Part shown: positions 35,001-47,000 of the stretch, piece after piece
How the letters are laid out: each line of letters opens with the position of its first letter
How positions within the stretch are numbered: position 1 is the stretch's first letter
From: Botryllus schlosseri
Lineage: Eukaryota
Length of the DNA: 64,000 nucleotides
NCBI GenBank assembly: GCA_051294905.1
Contig: CM119377.1
Coordinates: 4,340,001-4,404,000, forward strand
Direction of reading: 5' to 3'
The notes under the pieces: generated by a model
The model's input: only the letters and a program-made list of their open reading frames with translations
What the model was told of the DNA's origin: nothing
The model's database searches: none
Program-made: the position numbers and the translations under genes

Positions 35001-38000
35001 GAAGGGGAGCAAGTCCCCAGCCCGTAGCTCGGATGCTGGCAAGAAGACTTCTCTTGTTTTCGATTCAACGATCTGTGGTTGGGCAACGCAGATTCGCAAA
35101 CACAATATGGGTCCTCGCATTTGATTATTCGAATTTCTGTGAATGCGGAGTAGCAATACGCGTTATAAAATTCTCCCCTACGAAGACGGCTGGCTGCTAA
35201 CCTTGATCACAGAATGTCCCAGTGTACCCTGGCATGCATTTACACTTGTAGTCTGTTTCTCCGTTCGGCTGGCATATCCCGTTAGACCCGCAATCTTTTC
35301 GAGGGACATACTCGTAGGTACCATCGATAAGTTCTTTCTTAGTCGTACACGGGTGAATCCCTATAAGTTAAATTGCGCAGCGTGAATGTGATATGCTCAG
35401 GGATACATAGTATTGTGCTCTAGCTGGATATCTCGTCATCCTATTCGCGTAAACGGTGTCTTGCAAAAAGCCTAGAACGAATGTTGACCGTGCCAAAAGC
35501 ATCTAAGAATCATAAAAGAATATCGGCCTGGTGTCAAATGACCGTCGCATGAGTTGAAACATCATGCATGAACAGACTGAAACAACTATAACTGGATCTC
35601 TATACGGGAATTATGAACATGAACATCCCCATTTCTCAACGATACATGTTTTGGTCGGCTAGCAATAAATTTGCCATTCAGTCATCCATTCATCAGCTAA
35701 TATGTGCTGAATCGATATGGTATATATATTCCGGCTATAAATTATTATTAAATTTTAGACCAATTTGTATTTGTACGTGGGAAATTAGAACCTAGCCTTT
35801 TTAAAGAAAATCTTTGAAGTTCAGCGGTTATAAAGCACTTATTTCTCGCAATTACGATGCCAGAGATACGGTTAACACATATCGTCTGTAATATTAGTCT
35901 TACAGGAACATTCTTCTGCTAATCATACCCTATGTCCGCCAATACCTTATAATATTATTATCTACAAGTATTTTCAAGTCTATAGCTATTCCACAATTTA
36001 GGAAATTGTATTCATTCAATACACACTCACTTTGCTCGCAATGCCGTCCGTGGAAGCCTTCTGCGCACACGCACACGTAATAATCGTCATGCTCCGGCTT
36101 AATTTCGCATTTGCCTCCGTTTTTACATAGATTGTCTTCGCAAGATACTGCTTGGTCGCAGAGCCTTCCAACGTACCCTAAATTGATCACATCAATCTAT
36201 ATTCTTATCCGCAAAGAAAATTGGATTACCTGGCACGCACTCGCATTTGAAGGAGTATTCGTCTTGGGATCGGCAGAGTCCGCCATTATGACACGGATTG
36301 TTATACGTACAGGCATCGATGGAAAGTTCGCATAATCTAAAAATAGTTTTGAATATTAGAGGAAATTTAAGATAACGGACGGAAACTGAAACTTTCGAGA
36401 GTATAAAGACAATATTGTGATTTGATATCCCCATGCAATACTATATATGAAAAATTCTCTCATGAAGCTAGATTACATGTTAAGGAACGGTTCTTTTAGT
36501 AAACACCATATAAGTTACATATTCGTATGTACCGTACGATGTTAGCACTATCGTTCTGGCGCCATGCAAACAATTAGTGAGATCCAATTACCTTAAGAAT
36601 ACATCACACTATTTTCATCGGTTAAGTGATGTTGTGTATATGTTAGCCATCAAGAATATGGAATGCTGGAAGATTGTGTGTAAGGAGTGTATGGTTCGCA
36701 TTAGATCAATCGATTTTTGAAAGCGACTCGAGTCAAGTTAAGTCACTCGATTTTTGGCGGTGACTCGAGTCAAGTCGAGTCAAGTCAAGTCAAGTCACGA
36801 GTCAAGTCACAATTCAAGTCAAGTTGTCTTTTCGAAACACGAGGAATGATTAAGTCATTGCATTTCGCTAGCTGTTTGATATTCATATTGGATCGGTATT
36901 CATTTTAAATCGAGGGATGAAATATAGAGTTAAATTTTCATGCAAAAAGGCGTTGTGTATCTCACGAATGCGTAGTACCCTATCCGCCAAAATACGAAAC
37001 CGCAGGCAGGGGAAACGAATTGATATGATACAGTACCCAACTACATATCCACGGGATACAATTTAAGCAGCGCCAATGCTTGACTAGTAATATAAACTTG
37101 TAAAGTATATTCAAATTTGATTTAGATCATACAAGTGATCACATAACACGAATGACCACTGACCAGGCTATAGAACAGAGATAGATACCTTGTTATAATA
37201 CTTTACTACTGCGAAAACGTACGCTGTACGAGATCAATGTATTTGTGATAGAACAATGGAGGTTCAGTAAAACGCAAAATAATTGAATGAATGAGATTTG
37301 TCGCTCTTACAAGTCACACCAGCCTATCGAAAACAATCCGAACATTTGTAAAGAATATAGCGATTGTTATCGACACCGATTACTTGACGACTTGAAATTT
37401 CGCTCCGAGTCACGAGTCAATCCGCATTTCTGAAACGCCGAGTCAAGTCACGTCAAGTCATTTTTGCAAAGTGACCCGAGTCAAGTCAAGTCATACGTAA
37501 AAGGTGACTCAGGTGACTTAGAGGAGACTTAGACCAGAATGAAGCTAAGTAAAACCAAAGCAAGCTGTTGTCCAATGAATCATCACAAATCATGAACCAG
37601 GTCTTATGACAAGCCAAAGGAGAACAGCAGGCTCTTTACATACGTTCCAGCGTATCCCTTGCGACAAGAGCATTCATATCCACCGGGTGTGTTGACGCAT
37701 TCCCCTTCATTCTTGCACAGATTCACGGAATCCTTGCATTCGTCAAGATCTTTTTCACACCTGTCTCCCGTGTAACCCTGTGACGAAGACAAAACAATTA
37801 CGAAACGCGCTCCGCATAGCCCACAGCGATTCGCTTGTGCTTACGCATTGTCGGGGGAAGCTGGTTTGTATGATTTGGTGACAGCATAGTTATCGAAGCG
37901 TGGTAACAGTATAGTGACTAAATGCTTACCTCCTCACATAGACACTTGTGTCCTTCTCTTGTGGACTCGCAAATACCGTGTTTGCAAGGGTGCTGTAGGC

Positions 38001-41000
38001 AGTAGTTGATTTCGTAGTCGCACCGCGATCCGAAAAATCCCCTCCTGTAATATAGGTAAATCTTGCTTGTATTGGCCTTTCTAATATCATTTCATATCTC
38101 ATATTATATCATACATTTGATCAGATGATCGCATATGCCACAGCCAATGATCGTATCAATCTAGTAAAACAATAACAACACAAAAACACACCGGTATTAG
38201 GTTTGCGTAATAGCAAATAATACAATGATGCTTCGCTGAGTAAAGAGTTTCAATAACAATGGGATATGCGGATTGCAGCTTGCATTTACGTACTGGCAAA
38301 CGCATCGTATATCTTGTCCTGCAGCTACACATCTCCCGCCGTTCCTGCACGGGTCTTCCTCGCATCGCAATTCGTCCATTAGCTGACAATCTTCGCATTC
38401 CTCGTGACAGTACAGCCCTTGAAAACCAGTCGGGCAGAGGCACCTGCAGCAATGGCATTTTAACGGCATATCGCTATATAAGTATAGTCAACTTTGCTTA
38501 CGTATATTCCTCGTTTAGGCTTACACAAGTCGCGTTCGTTGGACAGGCCCCGGCCACGTCGCAGAAGGAAACTGATAGCTCGCAGTGTTCTCCGATATAT
38601 CCCGGATTACACGAGCAGGCCGCAACATTCTGTGATATATATATCGAGATGTCAGTTACAAAAGCCTACACCGGTCTCGCACCAGGTAGTAATGGACGAA
38701 TGGATTGGATCTTATAATGAGAAAGCCATTAGCCATCGTATGGAAAACCCCGCATAAGAAACGAACAGAGTTTGAAGGCACATTGATGTATTTGGATATA
38801 TATATGCAGTAAATTTGATCGAAAGTCTTCATGTTTTAATTAAATCAAATAAGATGTTTTCAGTTGTGATTCCATCCCGTTTGCATTCGGCCTATAGCTG
38901 TGTTGATTTACGGGACGAAAATAGGCTGCAATTTCTGATTACTAACCTTGTATGAATTGTTTTCTGGGTCCTCCTTCAACTCTGCATAGCAGGATCCTTG
39001 CCCGTTGCACGTATTTGGATCACAGGGATTCGTAATATTGTCTAAGCAAGTCACACCGCCGTATCCTTCCGGGCATTGACAATGGAAATCCATGCCATCA
39101 TTGGAGCAATTCCCTCCTGTTATAAACAGTTATGTAACTGATGTGAGGAGATAAGACTATACCGTATCGTAATTCTAAACGTAGGCCGATCTGACGTGGA
39201 ACGGGACGGAATAGTTACTATACTTAACGAGAAGTTGAGACCAACGACACTCCTGCAAAAGTCGCTCATCAATTGCCACTTTGCCACGCACATCGTAAAG
39301 TTCGGAATCAAATGATGCAATCATTGTAATCAAACTGCTTTATCGAATAAAATTAGTAATGCAGGCCTAATCAGATGGATTTTGGTTTAATTCGAATGCA
39401 GAGTGAGCATTATAAACGTCTGGACAGCATACACGAGTATTGAAGTATTACTATCTTGGGAATAACTATAATATCAAGATTGGTCATGTTCTGCCATTTC
39501 CTGCATATTTTTGGCATTAGAAGTTGAAGAGAAGCAGCAGAAGTCGGAAATCTAATCTGCATACTTATCCCAAACCCGAAATTACCGACCAGCTCTATCA
39601 TACGTGGCTGTCGCTATATACAGATCAAGGTCAAAAGATCAAATGACATTTAAAATCCATAAGAGAAGTTCAAAGGCATGGAAATGGAATGGGAATGGAA
39701 ATGATCTATTGCAATATAGTAGCAGTAAATTGTCGATCGAACTTTTTCCTTTTAGGCCGCTGATTTATATAAAATGAAATAATCGTGTGAGCTAGATCTC
39801 CCACACAGGCTAAATGTGAGTTGAATATGTTGCGAAATTTCCCATTTACGGCATGAATCACGGATTTAATTGGATTCCCAAAACGATCGGCCTACCATTT
39901 TGACACGGATCGCTTTCACATCCGTTCAATTCGTGTTCGCAGCTTTTTCCGTAGAACCCCTCATAGCAATCGCAATCGTAGGTGTTGCGACCGTCGTAAC
40001 AGTGACCGCGTCCCAAACACGGCTTGTCGGCGCATTCGTCGATGTCGATCTCACAGCGTTCGCCTGTACGGGATAGTAACACTATTACGATCACGAGGAA
40101 GACTTACACTAATTAAAAACCACAAAAACGATAGCAATGCCGTTCTTGTTACACAACCACTTGAAGTTGATCACACTTATTAACGCGTATGTTTACCGAG
40201 AACGCCGGGAAAGGTATCAATTCAAACCGCCGATCTACTTTATGTCATCGGCCTGGCATGCCAATAGGCGTCAATCATAAAATGGATAAGACTCATCGCT
40301 AATTGGCCTACGTTAGATTACGATAATGCGTCGAAACGTAAGAAAGTCATTGCACCTTTGAAGCCTGCGTCACAGGTGCACCGGAAACCGGTAATATCCG
40401 ACACGCACTCTCCAAACTCGCCGCACGGTTCGTCCAAGCAGTTGTCGATTTCGGATTCGCAGAACCTGCCCGCAAAACCGTCGGGACACTCGCAGACCGA
40501 TTCTCCATCTTCAAATCTCTGGAAGTTAAAACACGGAGTAGATTACGATAATATCAAGATCTTCTAAAAACAAAAAAATCTTAAACACGGCTGAGTCATC
40601 GGGAAATATTACTAGCGCATGCCAACTCATATATTTTCTATCGCGAAAACGTTTTCAGCATCGCATGGCCTACAGGCACGTCAACGCATCGCGATGTTTG
40701 TTGTGATGATGTTTTGTAATATAAGCCTCACACATATGAATACGTGACTGGCCGGCTTCTGAACGCACACAAAAAAATTGACTTCGTAATACAAAGATTT
40801 TCAAGTCGACGAGAAACTTATATGACTATATGTCGCGATTCGGAACGGACGCAAATTTTGAATGATCTTGAATCTACAGCTCGTAGGAAAGTCAAATCAT
40901 TCAACTACAAATATTGTGATTTCCCCTCCCTCGATTGCCCCTGAAGAGTTTCAGCTCGAAAAGCTTCGGGTTTTTATATATTTGCGTAGTGAATATATTA

Positions 41001-44000
41001 TTAAAACGTATGTTAAAGTTCTGTACCACCAAAAGTCTCTTCGATTATGAATAAATACTACCAACGTGTAATTTTTCACGGTGAAACTATGTTGAAGATG
41101 CTTATTGCACAAAATTATAGACCCTTGGGTACTACGCTGCCCCAATATGATACATAGTTATTAGTTACTCCGATGGTAGAGTAAAGGGATGGAACTAAAT
41201 ATCGTCCTAGCATTCGTTCCGACATTTTATTTCCGATCCAAGGATATTGAGAACAAAGTCAAGAGTATATCTTATCTTCTGATTGATGGCTGACATTTAT
41301 CTCAAAATCATAGTAGCGGACACCTACTTAACCCATAATTACGTCGTTATAGTGACTCAATTAAATAAAATGCTACTAGAATAAGATATTGCTCGCTGCG
41401 AGTTTACAGTGACACAAAAGGTGATGCATAATCCACCAGCATATGTTATCAGTTGTCGACACGACGTGCTTTGGATTGATCATAACATTGCGCCATGACG
41501 TGAATCTTGAACCGGATATGTTTGCGCACTTCCTATTACATTTCTTCTGATAATACCAGGAAAACAAACGGCCAGTCAAGATTTCTCCGCCCAATCCATT
41601 CAAATCAACGGCTCCATGAAGTGATATACTTGGTACTATAGTGTGTTCCAAAATCTTAAGTATGCGATACAGGAGACACATTTTCGAGAGTAGTTTACTA
41701 AGAATTTTTATTTGCGAAAACTGGATTAAAGTCGATTTCGGAGCAACGACATGCAACACTCACTCGGGCATGTTTTCGATGGCACAAGTCTCGTCAAGTT
41801 GAGGAATGCGCGCCAATTTGAACTCATCCGTTGACACCAGCTGTGTCATTCGTAATTGAGAATAGAACTATTATACGATCTTTCGATATGAGATCTCGCG
41901 GCTATTATGCGTATAGCGGCCGGGCCAAATCTCTCTACATATCGTCACAGTACACCCCATTATCGACAGAACGTAGCACATAGGATGCAGTCCGTTCAAG
42001 TTGTGAATAGTGCTCAGGTAATTTCCTATGTTACATACTGCTCCCGTGTTTTATATTGTGTCGCATGTCTTCAGGACTTCATTCACGACCTTCAATGTCT
42101 TCCAGAATGTAAATCTCTATTCCGAGCTATCGAATACATGAGATCGTGATATGGGCAATGGGCATACATTATGGCTGTGCTGTGTAACCTCTAAAGATTG
42201 AGGATATAGTTCTAGAAGTCTTTACACAATCACGTATCGCTCGATGACTGAAACGTGATGAACTACATCACAAAATCTGTCGAATGGGCAATTTTCAGAG
42301 GGGCACACACCACCCGGATGTTGTTGTCGCCTAAAGCGCACACTGTTATCAAATCTATTATTAAGCGACGAATTTATTGTAGTAAACAAACATGCGGATG
42401 TACCTTGCATTCTGCTCCATTTTCGCACAGCTCGAAAACGCAGATGTCCATCTCTAAAAAGGACAATGACGTCATTCTTGTATAGAATTTCATTTGATTA
42501 AATTTGGGAAATCAAGGAATGTTCCGTCGGTATCGTAGGCCCCGGTTCCGTCACTATTGGAAATGACTGATGACAGAATATTTTACGAGATTTGACTTCG
42601 GAAAATGTGGGTCTAATTATATCAATGCGGGATGTTTAGTATAGAAGAGGTGTTTATATAACGGAATACATATTTAACACTAAGCTAATCAGAGTTCTGA
42701 TAACATATGTATGCCATTGCTATGGTAATTCTAATAATTTCAAATTATACTAGTATTTAACAGGACAATTATTTGAACCTTCCACAATATATGCAATTCA
42801 AGTAGCTGAGTGCGTGCTTGATATTTCTTCATATGAGTTCGACTTATCTACCTATCTATATTCTACATAGATATTCTATCACAATTACCTGTACATTTGA
42901 TTCCACTGTATCCTGGTTTACATTTACACAAAGATCCTTCCTCTTCATCGACCATGCAAAGTTGCGTCCCAGCTTGACTGCAATCCGCACTGCAGCCATT
43001 CAAGCCTCGAAAATGACACGAATACCATGAATATACTTCAAATCAAGACAATGAATTTCCACAATGGCGGATTTACATCGTATTGATGGCGGATCGAAAA
43101 TAAGCAATTATTGCTACAGTTTGCACCATGTTCGTGACATGCCTTTTTAGGTATTGGCGAAGTATAAAAATACTACATAAACAGTATAGTCGTCATATCC
43201 TTATTTACGATACGAATTCAACGCATGAAGTGCATATGTATATATGCACGCGTGCAAACTATTATAGGACTACATTGTACATTCTTTAGGTGCCTTCCCT
43301 TGGGACTTGCCAGCATATCGCCTCAATTTTTTTGGATGCCTTTTTGGTTATGACTAACGTCAGCTTAAATATACGAAAAGAAATACCGCAAGGAAATTCG
43401 ACAGCGTATCATAAAAGTATAGATAGATAGATAAATTACTCACTTTCTGCCCCGAGATAGTCCATTTCGATTCTACCCTGTTGAATAATCAAATAAATCA
43501 GTACGTTTATAGATTACTAACCTATACGTAGGTTAGTAATGTATGTTACGTTACTCTTTAGCAGTGGTTCTTAACCTTTTTCATAACGTTACCCCCAAGA
43601 AGAACATGACTGGATGCAATTACCCCTTTTCAAAAACTGATAAATATGACGTCATAATGTACACTGAAATCTGCACATTTACAAATATCAAGTCAATGTG
43701 AATACTGATGCTGTTTTCGTGTTAGTGGTCAAATCTGGACAAAGGATAGGATGATAATAGACAACATCTGTCCTGTAATTGTCAATCGCAAGCTCATTTC
43801 TTTTTGATAGATACGCCATTGCAGAAAATCCTACTTCACAGCAATAAGTTGAAGGGAATTCAGAAGGTTCAATGCCATTATGACAAAGACTGGTTATTCT
43901 TTTATGAAGGCGAAACCAAAATGCTCCGAAATCTTCTCCTCGTTTCTTCGGAGGATTTTTGATGATTTCAGATTTAATTTTACAGATTAGACTAGACGAC

Positions 44001-47000
44001 CACTACACTTTTCAATAATAACAACTATATTGATACGATATTGTTTTGTTACTGCATTATAGGTGTAACGTTAAACTTAGACGCCCCTTGTTCTTTTTCA
44101 ATTTGTCAGCATGCGCAACAATATTTGATCCGCACTACTGCAAAATATATTGAACTTACCTAACACTATACTAAACTACATTCGGCCCTGTGATTCATAA
44201 TCACTAATGGTTACAATAATATCACAGCAGGCGTGGTGTGTTAAGTGAAATGAAATATATAGACGCTCGCAAAAACATATGTTAGCTTACATTCATATTT
44301 AAGTTTGAAAATACGTCAGGCGGCGATGATAAGTATAAAGATTCTAATTACCCCCCATAAATTGGTAAATTACCCCTTTGGGGGTAATTACCCCCAGGTT
44401 AAGAACCACTGAGATTATCACGTGACGCATAACTGAGAGTGGTTGTTACGTACATTACAGGATTTATAGATTAAAATTGCATTCTTGTGGGAGGACGTAG
44501 AAAAATTTAAAAAGAGTCATATACGGTTAGGAAATTATCTTGTGGTATTTAGAACACGTCTTCAAACAACTGATGTCCATGTCTAATAGTGAAATATACA
44601 GATAGCTCGAACATTTTGGCTAGAATGAATACAAATACATTGTAATATTCATGTTGTCATATGCCATTATGTTGTCAATCAGACTATATGTCATCAAAAC
44701 TTGGAAATTTCGAAAATAACTATCAAAATTACGATTGCTGATTGGCACCAGCTCGGAGTAAATTGACAAATACGTCTTGATTGGACGTTCCAGTATTTAC
44801 GTACACATGACGCCAAATTCACTGCGTGGTTGCCCACCATTGATGGCAAGGATTCATTTATAGATTGTAGCTATACCTATGGTGAAAGAGAGACTAGTTG
44901 AAAAACGTACTATTGGTTTAGAGCACCCCGATCAGAATGTACGACGCATCAGCACTAATTGCCCATTTATATATATTCGCTTTCTCGAGTCATAGCCATC
45001 TATAGGAATCGCACTGTACTACTTTTAATATAGTTGAAATTACAGCGAAATATTCCATACCATTCATACGATCAGGGTCGCGAATCGGCGTTCTATTATT
45101 TAATTATATAGGCATACCTTTATCTGCGTGACACCGGGTGTACACAGTACATGAGGGCTCTTCAAAAATGACTTTTTTCTCAAATCGCACTGGCTACTTG
45201 ATAAAATTGTTAGGTTACCTAATTTAAGCCTACACACCAAATTTGGTTCAATTCCAACCAGTAGCCTCATTGCTACAGGAGTAGAAAGTTTTTATTTATT
45301 ATATAAAAACAAATAACAAAAAATTTGAAAATATCCTTTTCACCCCATGAAAGTGTTAGGCTGTCTATAGAAACGATGTTCACCAAAGTTGGTTCAATTC
45401 CAACCAGTAAAAGCTGAGTTATTGACGTCGAAAAATTTGGATTTGAATAAAATAGTATTTACGGTGGGCACCACTATAATAAATAATTAAGGAATTGGTC
45501 ACCGTAAATACTATTTTATTCATAATCCAAATTTTCCAACGGCTATAACTCCGCTTTCACTGGTTGGAATCAAACCAAATGTGGTGAACGCTGTTTCTAT
45601 AGACAACCTAACACTTTTCTGGGGTGAACAGAAAATTGTCAAATTTTTTGTTATTTATTTTTATATAATAAATAGAGACTTTGTTCTCCTGTAGCAATGC
45701 GGCTACTGGTTGGAATTGAACCAAATTTGGTGTGTAGGCTTAAATTAGGTAGCCTAACAATTTTATCAAGTAGCCAGTAGGATTTGAGAAAAAAGTCATT
45801 TTTGAAGAGCCCTACTGTACATGCACGTTGCACATATCTGGTAATTGATTATTTGGTAATTTGGCGGTCTGCCCGGCCATACGGTTCATTTCAGTACACG
45901 ATTTGCTTTCCCTAATTATTGCAAGCAAGAAGTAATGAGAATGTCTCTTCTCAAAATATTCGGCCATCGCCGGACTAAAGTATTGGTAGGTCGTTACGCG
46001 GATAACGTTGACGAAATATACTTCTCCACATCTGTAATTCCTATAAAGGTTCCAAATGTCTGCATTATCGCTATTCGTCATTTTTGAAGGCCGAGTTTAC
46101 CGGAACACACACATTTACAAGCTTAGTTCAGTCTACTCCAAACCTCAAGTCGCAGTTACGTAATAACGCGCTATTTATTTCCTACAACTTATTTCTCCAA
46201 TACCGGGAATGGAAGGCAACTATACGGTTGCAAGGGAAGTGCCAATCACGTCAAATAGAATTAGTGAAGAATAGTTCCAAATGCGTGTGGCATAAAAGCG
46301 CGGCGATTGTAATGATAACCACCTACAGTCACAAGAGTAGATTTTAATTTTAGGTCATTTGAATATTGTTTTTATCAATACGACTTGACCTTTTAACACG
46401 ACACGTTATGAAGGTGTCTAGAATTGCGAAGGTAACTCGGATCTGTAACCACGTAATATATATCATGGACATGAATTGGGAACTGCATTGCCATTGACGA
46501 TGATATCACATTAGTCATCTGGTATCCCGGTAATTCACGAAGCACAGGAAGGTCAAATGTGCTGAGGAAATGAGACCAAGTGTGACTTAGTGAGTTATAC
46601 TACGGCAATGATCATTGGTTATATAAATATAAAAATTATGCTCACTTACACCATGCGATAATTCTCCATTTGAACAAGGCTCCTCGGCACAATCGCTCCG
46701 TTTTGGACGACTTTTCACCACTTCGACGTTGGTACTAGTTCCATTTATAGCTATATGGTGATAAATAAGGGTACTGATTACTGTTGCTCTTTCACAGTGA
46801 TTATCGTAGCAAGGTTGTCGATTTTGAGAATAGTAGCTTGTCTTGTAAACTAAACGGTTGCCAGTGAACTCGGCCCTTAGTGAACTCGGCACCTTTAACT
46901 CGGCACTTGGTGAAATCGGCGATTGTATTGTGACGCAACAATGCCGTCTGTCGGTTAGTTTATTAGTTATTGATAAGTTCAACTGTTAGGTTTATTAGAT

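Noticed and set aside
35776-35783. CSL/Su(H) site CGTGGGAA in a Jagged intron (other GTGGGAA matches near 12197, 33883, 47349)
   Set aside because: These are isolated, unpaired matches at about the frequency expected by chance in 64 kb.
38443-38947. Apparent frameshift between Jagged EGF exons (phase 0 donor versus phase 2 acceptor)
   Set aside because: Resolved by an additional exon at 38629-38502 (NVAACSCNPG...EEY) that is not in the ORF track. The gene is not a pseudogene here.
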